The notes under the pieces were generated by a model. It saw nothing but the letters and a program-made list of their open reading frames with translations. It did no database searches and was not told the origin of the DNA. A stretch of 64,000 bases of DNA from an uncultured delta proteobacterium (GTDB taxonomy: Bacteria > Myxococcota > Myxococcia > Myxococcales > Anaeromyxobacteraceae), in the NCBI GenBank assembly GCA_963766715.1, contig CAVYBH010000008.1, forward strand, positions 768,001 through 832,000, read 5' to 3'. Shown piece after piece: positions 33,459 through 43,581 of this stretch (positions within the stretch are counted from its first letter, which is position 1; the number at the start of each line of letters is the position of its first letter). The translations under genes were made by a program, and so were the position numbers.

Positions 33459-35060
33459 CTAGTTCCCCTTGTTCTCCGTCAGCTTCTCCATCGCGCGGCT
33501 CAGGTTGAAGCTGCCCGGCTTCTGCCGGGGCGGGAACTCCTGGAAGGACTGGATCCAGCCGCCGACGTAGGCCATGGCCGGTGCGAGCGTGTAGATCCGG
33601 TCGATGCGCCAGCGTCCGTAGCCCATGCCCTCGTGGTCGGCCCGCTCGAAGGGATCGGAGCGCAGGTTGAAGAGCTTCGGGACGCGCAGCACCACCATCG
33701 GGTCCTGCCACACGTCGAAGCCGTGGGAGCGCTGCTCCATGAAGACCAGCTTCCAGTTCGAGTAGCGGAGACCGCAGACGTCCCCGTCGTCGGTCCAGTA
33801 GAGGAACTCCTTGCGCGGCCACTCCTTCGCCTGGCCCTGGAGCGCCGGCAGGAGGTCGTAGCCGTCGAGGTGGACCTTGTAGGTCGTGCCGCCCACGTTC
33901 GCGCCCTTCAGGAGCGACTCCTTCACGTTCGGCTGCCCGGCGGCCGCGAGCAGCGTGGGGAGCCAGTCCTCGTGGGAGATGATCTCGTTCACCTCGATGC
34001 CCGGCTTGACGACGCCCGGCCAGCGGACGAGCAGCGGGACGCGGTAGCCGCCCTCCCAGTTGGTGTTCTTCTCGCCGCGGAAGGGGGTCGTGCCGCCGTC
34101 GGGCCAGCTCATCACCTCGGCCCCGTTGTCCGACGTGTAGATGACGATGGTGTTCTCGGTGATCCGGAGATCGTCGAGCTTCTTCAGCAGCTGCCCCACG
34201 TGGCCGTCGTGCTCCACCATGCCGTCCGGGTAGGGGCCGAGGCCGGTCTTGCCCTCGTTCTCCTTCTTGAGGTGCGTCCAGATGTGCATGCGGGTGGTGT
34301 TGAACCAGGCGAACCAGGGCTTGCCGGTGGCCTGCTTCTCGTCGATGAACTTGAGCGTCGCGGCGACGATCTCCTCGTCGATGGTCTCCATCCGCTTCGA
34401 CGTGAGCGGCCCGGTGTCCTCGCACTTCTGCTTGCCCCAGGCGCCGAAGCGCGGGTCGGCGGGCAGCGTGCTCGCGGTGGCGGTGGCCCAGCAGTGGAAG
34501 ACGCCGCGCGGGCCGAACTTCTCCTTGAAGGCCGGGTTCCTCGGGTAGTCGGGGTTCTCCGGCTCCTCCTCGGCGTTCAGGTGGTAGAGGTTGCCGAGGA
34601 ACTCGTCGAAGCCGTGCACGGTGGGGAAGAACTCGTTGCGGTCGCCGAGGTGGTTCTTGCCGAACTGGCCGGTGGCGTAGCCCTGGGCCTTGAGCAGTTC
34701 GGCGAGGGTGGGATCCTTGGCCGACAGCCCCTCCGGCGCGCCCGGCAGGCCCACCTTGAGGAGGCCGGTGCGGATGGGCGACTGGCCGGTGATGAACGCC
34801 GCGCGGCCGGCCGTGCAGCTCTGCTGGCCGTAGGCGTCGGTGAAGACGGCGCCCTCGGTCGCGATGCGGTCGATCTGCGGGGTGCGGTAGCCCATCATCC
34901 CGCGGTTGTACTTGCTGATGTTCCAGTAGCCGACGTCGTCGCCGAAGATGACGAGGATGTTGGGGCGGGACGCCTTCTGCCCCTGGGCCGCGGCGACCGT
35001 GGCGAGCGTCAGCGCGAGCGCGGCGAGCGCGGTGCGAAGGACGGACGAGCGATTCATCAT
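33459..35060 (-). CDS. Arylsulfatase-family protein 4 (intact)
   Basis: RPNILVIFGDDVG, SCTAGRAAF, GKNHLGD, GEKNTNWEGGYRVP; Sec signal peptide. Confidence 0.95.
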   Translation of the reverse strand: MMNRSSVLRTALAALALTLATVAAAQGQKASRPNILVIFGDDVGYWNISKYNRGMMGYRTPQIDRIATEGAVFTDAYGQQSCTAGRAAFITGQSPIRTGLLKVGLPGAPEGLSAKDPTLAELLKAQGYATGQFGKNHLGDRNEFFPTVHGFDEFLGNLYHLNAEEEPENPDYPRNPAFKEKFGPRGVFHCWATATASTLPADPRFGAWGKQKCEDTGPLTSKRMETIDEEIVAATLKFIDEKQATGKPWFAWFNTTRMHIWTHLKKENEGKTGLGPYPDGMVEHDGHVGQLLKKLDDLRITENTIVIYTSDNGAEVMSWPDGGTTPFRGEKNTNWEGGYRVPLLVRWPGVVKPGIEVNEIISHEDWLPTLLAAAGQPNVKESLLKGANVGGTTYKVHLDGYDLLPALQGQAKEWPRKEFLYWTDDGDVCGLRYSNWKLVFMEQRSHGFDVWQDPMVVLRVPKLFNLRSDPFERADHEGMGYGRWRIDRIYTLAPAMAYVGGWIQSFQEFPPRQKPGSFNLSRAMEKLTENKGN

Positions 35061-35160
35061 GTGGGGATCTCCCTCGAGGCGGAGCCCGTGCCTTAAACGG
35101 CGTGCCTCGCGGTGTCCGGCGCGATCGGCCACCCTCCCCACCTGGGGCCATCCGGTCCCC

Positions 35161-35616
35161 TCAGAACCAGGAGGACAGGATCAGCTCGACCTGGACGCGG
35201 CCGCGGTAGGCGAAGACGAATCCCGTCCGGTCACCGGTCCCCCAGATGAAGGCGACCCGGTTCCGGATCGAGGTCAGCAGGCCGAGCGGGAGCTCGTAGC
35301 GAGGCGTGACGTCGAGCCGGAGGGTGAAGTTGTCGCCGTCGGTCGTGGTTCCTGGATTGAAGGTGGCCGTGTAGAGGAGGCCAGCGGTCATCTCGACGAG
35401 GTGCGACTTGGCCTTGTCCGGGCTCAGGAGCTCCCGGAGGACGGGTGCGACCATCCAGCTCGCGAACACGCCGAAGGTCGACTGCGAGAGCTGCTTGCCG
35501 GAACGAGGTAGGGCTGGATCCTGGGACCGAAGAAGCCCTGGGCGCTCGCACTCGTGGCAAGGGTCGCCGTCGCCATCACCGCCAGCGGAAGGAGTCTCCG
35601 GGCCAAGTCCGTGCAA
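35161..35616 (-). CDS. Probable outer-membrane protein fragment (DUF2490-like), frameshifted or truncated
   Basis: Signal-like LPLAVMATATLATSASAQ; amphipathic strands LRLDVTPRY, SIRNRV, YRGRVQVE. Confidence 0.4.
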   Translation of the reverse strand: MHGLGPETPSAGGDGDGDPCHECERPGLLRSQDPALPRSGKQLSQSTFGVFASWMVAPVLRELLSPDKAKSHLVEMTAGLLYTATFNPGTTTDGDNFTLRLDVTPRYELPLGLLTSIRNRVAFIWGTGDRTGFVFAYRGRVQVELILSSWF

Positions 35617-35774
35617 TCTATCTCGGTCTGCCGCGTTTCCCGCCTTCGGGGCAGAGACCGCCCTGCTCGGGCCCCCTCCCCCAACTCGGGTAGCGACCGA
35701 CCGTGATGCACCCTAAGAAACCCGTGATTGCGCCAGGTCGCCAATCAAAAATCCCTTTCAAGGAGGAGTACCGA

Positions 35775-36107
35775 ATGAACCGTCTGCTCGTCGTTGCCGC
35801 ACTCGCCGTGATCGCCACAGGATGCGCCACCACCTCGACCGTGAAGGAAGAGATGGCCCCGCTCGCCAACCGGGTCACCGCGCTCGAGTCGCAGGATGCC
35901 GCGATGAACGCCAAGCTCGCCGACCTGGGCAAGAAGGCCGATGCCCAGACCGCCGACATCCAGGCGCTCCGCAAGGAGATCGCGAACTACAACGCCGCGT
36001 CGCAGAAGTCCGCCGCCGACGCCGAGGCCGCTGCCGTTCGCGCCGAGACGGCCGCCGCGAAGGCCGCGAAGGCCTTCGAGCTGAAGCAGTACAAGGGCGT
36101 CAAGTAG
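35775..36107 (+). CDS. Lpp/OprI-like alanine-zipper lipoprotein
   Basis: Lipobox IATGC, coiled-coil Ala-rich body, C-terminal Lys; strong AAGGAGG RBS. Confidence 0.8.
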   Translation: MNRLLVVAALAVIATGCATTSTVKEEMAPLANRVTALESQDAAMNAKLADLGKKADAQTADIQALRKEIANYNAASQKSAADAEAAAVRAETAAAKAAKAFELKQYKGVK

Positions 36108-36161
36108 CGCCAATCGCGCGGTGGGGTCGCGGCAGCTCGCCGTGGCCCCTCGCGCGGCCTC

Positions 36162-37151
36162 TCAGCTCCGGTCGGCGGTCACGTCGACGGGGGCTCCAGC
36201 GACGCCGGTCATCGCGGCGTCGAGCTTGTGCGAGTCGACGGAGCCGAGGAGCCCCCGCTTGGTGAGCAGTCGCTTCACCTCGGCGCGGGTGTCGATCTTG
36301 GCCTCGTCGTCCTGGTGGACCTCGACGTAGACCCGGCCCGACCGGACGCCCACCTTCACCGGCTCCCGGACGATCGTCACGGGGGTTCCCACCGGAACGC
36401 GCTCGAAGAGCACCGGGATGTCCTCGGGGTAGAGCCGGAGGCAGCCGTGGCTCGCCTTCCGTCCCACGCCGAAGGGCTTGTCCGTGCCGTGGATGAGGAT
36501 CGATCCCCGGTTCAGCCGGAGCGCGTGGGTGCCGAGCGGATTCTCCGGTCCCGGCGGCACCATCGCCGGCAGGTCGGGCTCCTCCTTCCGGATGGAGGCG
36601 GGCGGGTACCAGGGCGGGTTCACCTGCTTCTGGATCACCGAGAAGGTCCCGACCGGCGTGGTCCACCCCTCGCTCCCCACGCCGACGGGGAAGGTCATCG
36701 GCGCGCCGGTCTTGGGGACGAAGTAGAGGCGCATCTCCGACAGGTTCACGATGATTCGCGTGCCCTTCCCTCCGGAGGCGGCGCGCGGGACGATCCAGGC
36801 GGTGGGGATGAAGACGGTCGCCCCGGGCGTGGGCACGAAGGCGTCGAGCCCCGGGTTCGCGGCCTCGATCTCGTTGAAGCCGAGGTCGTACTGGCGGGCG
36901 ATCTCGATGAGCGACTCGTCCGGGAGGATGGAGCGGAAGCAGGAGGCGCCGATGAGCTCCACGCCGCGGCAGTCTCCCGACGGCCCGCAGTCGGCTGCCT
37001 GGATCACCTGGCAGGTCGGCTCGGCCACGGTCACGAGCGGCGGATCGACCTCCTTCTCCACCACCGGCGGCGCATGGGCGCAGCCCGCGCCGATCGCGAG
37101 AGCGAGCGCGAGGAGCCAGCGTCCTGGACGTGTGTGCACGATGACCACCAT
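36162..37151 (-). CDS. L,D-transpeptidase, ErfK/YbiS type with LysM-like domain (lipoprotein)
   Basis: ESLIEIARQYDLG..AANPG, IIVNLSEMRLY, PGPENPLG, IHGT..SHGCLRL. Confidence 0.93.
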   Translation of the reverse strand: MVVIVHTRPGRWLLALALAIGAGCAHAPPVVEKEVDPPLVTVAEPTCQVIQAADCGPSGDCRGVELIGASCFRSILPDESLIEIARQYDLGFNEIEAANPGLDAFVPTPGATVFIPTAWIVPRAASGGKGTRIIVNLSEMRLYFVPKTGAPMTFPVGVGSEGWTTPVGTFSVIQKQVNPPWYPPASIRKEEPDLPAMVPPGPENPLGTHALRLNRGSILIHGTDKPFGVGRKASHGCLRLYPEDIPVLFERVPVGTPVTIVREPVKVGVRSGRVYVEVHQDDEAKIDTRAEVKRLLTKRGLLGSVDSHKLDAAMTGVAGAPVDVTADRS

Positions 37152-37216
37152 GGGGACTTGTTAGGGCAAGCGGGGATTCGTGACAAGGGGCCCCGCAGAT
37201 CGTAACTTGGCAGGGC

Positions 37217-37876
37217 GTGGCAGCATTCCTCCCTACATCCGGGCGAGTGGTCGCGGCGCTGGCGGTGCTCCTGCTCGCGGGCATCGCCCGGGCCGAGTCG
37301 GCCGAAGCGAACGCGCCGTTCTCGTCGATCGCGTCGCTTGCGTCGAGCGAGCCGGGCGAAGCGTCGAGTGGCGCGGAAACGGCGCCGGAACCGATGGTCG
37401 CTCCGCTGGCGTCCGCCGCACCGGGGACGCCGGCCGCCTCCGTGTCGCCGGCCACCTGGTGCCCGGAGACCGGCGACGTGGTCACGGTCATCACCCGGAA
37501 GCGGGAGCTCTGGCTCTGCCGCGATGGCGCGGTGGCTGCGCGCTTCGAGGTGGCGCTCGGACAGGGCGGCCTCGACAAGCGCAAGAAGGGCGACCGGCGG
37601 ACGCCGCTCGGGACCTACGCTCTCGGGACGCCGAGGCCCTCCGGGAAGTTCGGCCTCTTCATTCCCATCGTCTACCCCACGCCGGAGCAGGCTGCCCAGG
37701 GACAGACCGGCGGCGACGTCGGGATCCACGGCCCCCCGCGCAGGCTGCCGGAGCCCGCGTATCCGACCACGGCCTACGACTGGACGCTGGGCTGCGTGGC
37801 CACCGGAACCGATTCGGAGATCCAGGCCATCGCCGACTTCGTCCGCGAGCGGCAGCCGTTGCTCGTGATCCGCTGA
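37217..37876 (+). CDS. YkuD-family protein, YafK/LdtF(DpaA)-like
   Basis: KRKKGDRRTPLGTY, IVYPT, GGDVGIHG, DWTLGCVA. Confidence 0.82.
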   Translation: MAAFLPTSGRVVAALAVLLLAGIARAESAEANAPFSSIASLASSEPGEASSGAETAPEPMVAPLASAAPGTPAASVSPATWCPETGDVVTVITRKRELWLCRDGAVAARFEVALGQGGLDKRKKGDRRTPLGTYALGTPRPSGKFGLFIPIVYPTPEQAAQGQTGGDVGIHGPPRRLPEPAYPTTAYDWTLGCVATGTDSEIQAIADFVRERQPLLVIR

Positions 37877-37904
37877 GCCGGTCGCCCCTCGGCGACCGCC
37901 CCGA

Positions 37905-38506
37905 TCACGTCCCCATGTAGCGTCCGGGCCGGTGGTTCACGGCGAGCACCAGGTTGAGCGCGATCGCGCCGACCCCGAGAGCGCCAGCGTCTCCAGGGAC
38001 ACGACGAAGAACGAGGCCACGACGATGCAGGCGTCGACGGTGAGCTGGAACACCCCGGCGCGCACGCCGAACCGCTTCTGGAGCCAGATGGCGACGATGT
38101 TGAGCCCGCCCAGGCTGGCGTCGTGCCGGAAGAGCATGAGCAGCCCCACCCCGGCCAGCGCACCGCCCATGGCGGCGGCGTAGAGCGGCGCCACCTGGCC
38201 GAGCGCGAGGACCCGCGGGAGCCGGTCGGTCGCGACGGCGAGGAGGCCGATGGCGGCGAAGGTCCTCAGCGTGAAGGGCCAGCCGAGCACCCGGACGCCG
38301 AGCCAGAAGAACGGGACGTTCACGAGGACGTAGACGACGCCGAACGGGAGGTGGGTCACCCGGGCCACGAGCAGCGCGATCCCTGGCGTCCCGCCCATGA
38401 GGAGGCCGGCGCTTCCGAGCAGGGTCAGGCCGAGCGAGAAGAAGGCGCAGGCCGTGACGATGGCCTGGACGTCCTCGAGGAGCGTGTGGCGATCCCCGTC
38501 CGCCAT
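37905..38506 (-). CDS. YitT family membrane protein
   Basis: RHTLLEDVQ, GGTPGIALL, NVPFFWLG, FRHDASLGG, AVNHRPGRY. Confidence 0.88.
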
Positions 38507-39544
38507 CAGCCCGCATTCGCCTGGAGGAAGCGGACGAGCCCGCGAACCCAGGTCTGCTGGTCGTCCCACATGCTCATGTGGCTCCCGGCGGGGCAGTGGA
38601 GATGGCTCCCGCGCGGGAACTGGGTGGACATCCAGCGCATGTGGCGGGGGTCCATCGTGTCGTTCTCGGCGCCGATGACGAGCGTGGGCACCTGGATCCG
38701 GACGAGATCCTTCGACCGGTCCCACGTCTCGAGCCGCCCGGAGGCGTGGAACTCGCTGGGGCCCTGCATGAGCGCGTAGATCGAGCCGTTGAGGTGGGCC
38801 ATGGAGCGCGACACGGGCTCGGGCCACGGGTCGAGGCGCACGAGATGCTGCGCGTAGAAGTTGGGCAGGAGGAGCTCCATGTATCGTGGGCTCTCGGTCT
38901 GCCCCTTCGCCTCGAGGGCCTTGATCTCCTTCACGACGGCGGGGTCCATCTGCTTCTCGAGCACCTCGCTCGCGTACCGGTTGTACGCGGGGATGCTCGA
39001 CATCATGTGGGCGACCACGAGCCCCTTGAGGTGCTGCGGGTAGCGGAGCGCGTACTCGATGGCGAGGATGCCGCCCCAGGAATGGCCGAGGAGGAAGAAG
39101 TTCTCCCGGTCGAGCCCCAGCGCCTGGCGGACCTGCTCCAGCTCGTCGACGAACCGTTCGATCGTCCAGAGCGAGTCGTCCTTCGGCTGGTCGGAGTACG
39201 CGGAGCCGAGCTGGTCGTAATAGATGAACTCGATCCCCTCGGCGGGGAGGAAGCTCTCCAGGCACTCGAAGTACTCGTGCGTGCCGCCCGGCCCGCCGTG
39301 CAGGAGCAGCAGCTTCACCTTCGGGTTGCTCCCCACGCGCTTCGTCCAGACGTTGAACTTCCCTCGCGGGGTCTCGATCGGGATCATGCGGATGCCACCC
39401 GTCTGGACCTCGACGCGAGCCGTCGCCGGAGCTGCGGCCGGGGTGGAGGGAGCGGCGGAGGCCGGGGCGGGCGCGGCGTGGGCGCAGGCGACCGCGCGTG
39501 GCGGCGAGGAGCAGGATCGACGACCAGTGAAGTGCGCGTTCCAT
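38506..39544 (-). CDS. Secreted/lipoprotein proline iminopeptidase-family hydrolase (frameshift near N-terminus)
   Basis: LLHGGPG, YDQLGS, GHSWGG, MQGPSEF, GSHMSMWDDQ. Confidence 0.88.
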
Positions 39545-39609
39545 GGTGGGCCGGTCTAGCAAATCCGGCCCTCGGGGTCCAACCGGGCGCCGCGGCCCGC
39601 CCCTCCTCT

Positions 39610-40610
39610 TCAGGGCTCCGCGCCCGTCGCGGGCAGATCCACCCGGAAGGTCGAACCCTCGCCGGGCGGCTCCACGCGGAGATCGTGCCGCCGTGAGCCT
39701 CCACCAGGACCTTCGCCCCGTAGAGGCCGAGGCCGGTCCCTTCCCGGGACCCGGAGCCGCGGCCCCGGTGAAACCGCGCGAAGAGGTTCGGAAGGTCGTC
39801 GGGGTGGATTCCGGGCCCGGCGTCGACGACGGAGAGGAGCACCCGGTCCTCGCGGCGTGCCACCTCCACGTGGACCGTTCCCTCCGGGGAGTACTTGAGC
39901 GCGTTCGAGATCAGGTTCACGAGCACCCGCTCGAGCCGCCTCGGGTCCGCGCGCAGCCGGATGCGCTCCGCGCCCTGCGTGGAGACCTGCACCCGTTCGA
40001 CCTCCAGGGACGTGCCCATGTGCGCGACGAGCTCGGCGAGGAACGGTGCGAGGTCGACGTCCTGGAGGTCCAGGTGGAGCCGCCCCGCATCGGATCGGGC
40101 GCCGTCCAGGAGGTCCTCGATCATGGCGTCCATCCGGCTTGCTGCGCGGAGGATGGCGTCGGCGCGTGCCACGGGGAACGGATCCGCGTCGGGGCGACGT
40201 CGCAGGATCTGGGCCTGCCCGATGACGGCGCCCAGCGGCGCGCGCAGGTCGTGGGAGACCACGTGGAGCAGGTCCTCCCGCTCCCGGACGTGCCTCCGGA
40301 TCGTCGACAGCGTGAGCGCGGTCGTGAAGTAGGAGACGAGACGCATGAACGTCTCCCAGTAGATGAAGATCGCGTTCGAGTACGGGTGGAGGGCCAGCCG
40401 GTCCGCGGCGTACCAGCAGGCGGCCGAGGCCACGGCGAAGACGAGCCCGGCGGCCTGGCTCCCGTACCAGGCCGCGAGCCCCACCGGGATGAAATAGAAG
40501 ACGAAGAGGCCGAGCTCGTAGCCGGTGAGGTAGTCGATCCAGGTGATCGCACCCAGCACGCCGGCGATGCCGACGTAGAACCACGCTCGGCTCCTGCCCC
40601 TCAGCTCCAT
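39610..40610 (-). CDS. Membrane sensor histidine kinase (4-TM, DUF4118-like input)
   Basis: N-terminal TM helices, VSHDLRAPL H-box, NLISNALKY, GTGLGL. Confidence 0.88.
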
Positions 40611-40674
40611 GACGTCACCTCGAGGTGCATGGGTGCTCCTTCCCGACCATGGCGGATGAGGTTAACCGGAGTCG

Positions 40675-41609
40675 CTATCCGAGGAGCCCGATCTCGATGG
40701 CCCCGAGCACGAGGGCGCTCACCGCGACCCAGAGCGTTCCCCCAGGACGAGGGGCCTGGCCCCCACCTGGCGGAGCGCGGCCCGGGAGAGTCCCGCACCC
40801 ACGAGGAAGAGCGTCAGCACCATGGCCTGCCTGGCTCCCGCCGCGATCAGGGCGCCCGCCGGCCGCAGCGCCGGGATCCAGGTGACGACGGCGGCGATCG
40901 CGACGAAGCCCAGGATGAACCAGGGACGCGGCGCCCTCGAGCCGGGCTCCCCCGGCCTCCGGTTCGACACCCAGCCGATCGCCAGGACGAGCGGGACGAT
41001 CCAGAGCGCCCGCGCCAGCTTGATGGCGGTGGCCACCTCCAGGGCACGCGCCCCGTAGGCCATGGCCGCCCCGACGACCGAGCTCGTGTCGTGGATGGCG
41101 AGCGCCGCCCAGAGGCCGAACTGGTCCTGGCCGAGCCCGACGAGGCGTCCTACCGGAGGGAACACCAGGAGTGCGAGACCGTTCAGGAGGAAGACCGTTC
41201 CGAGCGACACCGTCATCTCGTGCTCGTCCGCCTGGAGGACCGGCGCCGCCGCGGCGATGGCGCTCCCGCCGCAGATGGCGGTGCCGATGGCGATCAGCTT
41301 GCCGGTGTTCCCCTCGACCCGCAGCCAGCGGGCGAGCAGGAGCCCGGCTCCCAGGGTGGCTCCGATGCTCACCACCGTGTACCCGAATCCGTGGAGCCCC
41401 GTGCGCAGCACGACGCCGAGGTCCATCGCCCCGCCCAGGCCCACCACCGCGGCCGGCAGGAGCGACTTCTGGATCCGGCGGGTCCACGCAGCCCAGGGGT
41501 TTCCGAAGGCCAGCGCGATGGCGGCGCCGAGGAGGAGCGCCGCGGCCGACGAGACCCCGGGAAGCAAGGCGACGACGGCTCCCGCGGGGATGAGCCATCG
41601 TCCGAACAT
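40675..41609 (-). CDS. YeiH / putative sulfate exporter family membrane protein
   Basis: GTAICGGSAIAA, ALAIHDTSSVVGA, KLARALWIVP, PWFILGF. Confidence 0.88.
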
Positions 41610-41614
41610 CGCAC

Positions 41615-42415
41615 CTAGCCGACGAGGTCTTCGGTGCCGTCCACGCCGAGCACGTTCCCCGTGAGCCAGATGGTGTCGGGACGGGAGATCGCGACCACCA
41701 CCGCCGCCACGTCGGCCGGGGTGGTGAGGCGCTTGGCGGGGTGGAGCGACAGGCAGTGCTCGATCATCCGGTCGTTGCCCGGGATCTTCCGGAGCGCGGG
41801 CGTGTCGGTGACCCCGGCCCGGACTGCGTTCACGGCGATCTGGCGGGGAACGAGCTCCACGGCCAGCTGCCGGCAGTGGCTCTCGAGGGCCGACTTGGCC
41901 GCCGACACCGCGCCGTAGGAGGGCCAGATCCGGTGGCCGCCGGCGCTGGTCATCGCGTAGACGTGCGAGCCCGGACCCATCAGCCCGGCCTGGAGCACGT
42001 CCTGCACCCAGTAGACGAGGGAGTGGGCCATCACGTCGAGCGTCATGTCCATCTGGGGACGGGTGATGGCGTCGGCGGCGTTCTCGGTGACGAAGGGCTT
42101 CAGGGTGCCGAAGGCCAGCGAGTGGAGCAGGACGTCCACGCCGCCGGCATTCCCCTCCTCGGCGAGGACGCGCTTCATCTCGGCCACCACCTCCGCCCGC
42201 TTCTCCGGGTCGGCGGCGTTCACGTTGAAGAAGACGGACTTCCCGCCCGCCGCCTCGATCCCGGCCCGGATGCGCTCCACGTTGGGGAGCGTGCCCCGGC
42301 GATCGAGGTGGACGCCGAAGACGTTGCGCCCCGCCCGGGCCAGCGCCAGCGAGATGGCCTCGCCGAATCCCGACGACGCTCCGAGGATCAAGGCCCACTT
42401 CCGGTTCATGGACAT
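41615..42415 (-). CDS. SDR oxidoreductase, FabL-like enoyl-ACP reductase
   Basis: GASSGFG, YGAVSAAK (Yx6K), VNAVRAGVTDTPAL. Confidence 0.85.
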   Translation of the reverse strand: MSMNRKWALILGASSGFGEAISLALARAGRNVFGVHLDRRGTLPNVERIRAGIEAAGGKSVFFNVNAADPEKRAEVVAEMKRVLAEEGNAGGVDVLLHSLAFGTLKPFVTENAADAITRPQMDMTLDVMAHSLVYWVQDVLQAGLMGPGSHVYAMTSAGGHRIWPSYGAVSAAKSALESHCRQLAVELVPRQIAVNAVRAGVTDTPALRKIPGNDRMIEHCLSLHPAKRLTTPADVAAVVVAISRPDTIWLTGNVLGVDGTEDLVG

Positions 42416-42483
42416 CGGCAGAAGATCGACGAGTGGCCGTCGCGGGTCAAGTCCGCCTCAGGCTTTCTTGCCGATCGATGTTC

Positions 42484-42723
42484 TCAGCCATCCGCTGACG
42501 ATTCCGGAGAATCCCCGGAGGAGCGTGGCTCCTGCGACGGCACGACGGCGTCGCCGGCCGGCCGACTCCGGGGCGGGCGAGAGACCCGACGACGAGGCGT
42601 TCGGGCTGCGGCCATCTCCAGGCGGCGGGCCAGGTCGTCGAACTCTGCGTCGAGGCGGGCCACCAGCGCGTCCGCCACGCGCTTCGCCAGCCGACGGGGA
42701 AGGAGGAGGGTTTTCGGTTTCAC
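42484..42723 (-). CDS. Hypothetical small protein
   Basis: VKPKTLLLPRRLAKRVADALVARLDAEFDDLARRLEM helical segment. Confidence 0.3.
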   Translation of the reverse strand: MKPKTLLLPRRLAKRVADALVARLDAEFDDLARRLEMAAARTPRRRVSRPPRSRPAGDAVVPSQEPRSSGDSPESSADG

Positions 42724-42837
42724 GCAGGAGAGACGACGGGCCGCGGCAAACGTGACGGGGGCCGGCGAACTTCGTGTGGCCGGCAGCGCACCTCGCCGCC
42801 GCTCGTTATTGGCCGGGGGGGAGAGAAAGGACCCGCC

Positions 42838-43308
42838 ATGCGCAGGATCACGCCGTTCCTCTGGTTCGACCACCAGGCCGAGGAGGCCGCCAACCTCTAC
42901 GTCTCCGTCTTCCCCGGCTCCCGGATCGTGAGCGTCTCGCGCTACGGAGAAGCAGGGCCCGGACCGAAGGGCAGCGTGATGACCGTCGCCTTCGAGCTCG
43001 ACGGTCAGGCGTTCACCGCCCTGAACGGCGGGCCGCTCTTCCGGTTCACCGAGGCCATCTCCTTCGTGGTGGACTGCAAGACGCAGGAGGAGGTCGACCG
43101 GTACTGGGGCAAGCTCTCGGAAGGCGGTCACGAGGGGCAGTGCGGCTGGCTCAAGGACAGGTTCGGACTGTCCTGGCAGATCATTCCATCCACTCTAGGT
43201 GAAATGCTGACCGACCCCGATCCCGGGAAGGCGCGCAAGGTCATGGAGGCCATGCTGCGGATGAAGAAGATCGACGTCGCCGAGCTGAGGAAGGCCTACC
43301 AGTCGTAG
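42838..43308 (+). CDS. VOC family protein (PhnB / 3-demethylubiquinone-9 methyltransferase-like)
   Basis: ITPFLWF, ALNGGP, QCGWLKDRFGLSWQ. Confidence 0.93.
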   Translation: MRRITPFLWFDHQAEEAANLYVSVFPGSRIVSVSRYGEAGPGPKGSVMTVAFELDGQAFTALNGGPLFRFTEAISFVVDCKTQEEVDRYWGKLSEGGHEGQCGWLKDRFGLSWQIIPSTLGEMLTDPDPGKARKVMEAMLRMKKIDVAELRKAYQS

Positions 43309-43581
43309 ACCTTGCCGGCGATTTCGTCCGCCGCCAGCGGGGGTGCCGTCAGCGGGCGGCGGACCGCACCGTCATACGGGTTCTTCCCCGTTCGCGGGCC
43401 CGTTCGGGGGAGACGAGCGGGATCTCGCCGGATGGGGCGCGGAATAGACCGACGGCCGCATGCGTCCGATCACCGGGCACGGAGCCCGGAACCGCGTGCC
43501 CGCGGTGGATGCTTTCCCGGCCTCTGCGCCGCTCTCCCCGCCGTCCGTCGCATCACCCACGCCTGATTTCCTGGAGGTGAC

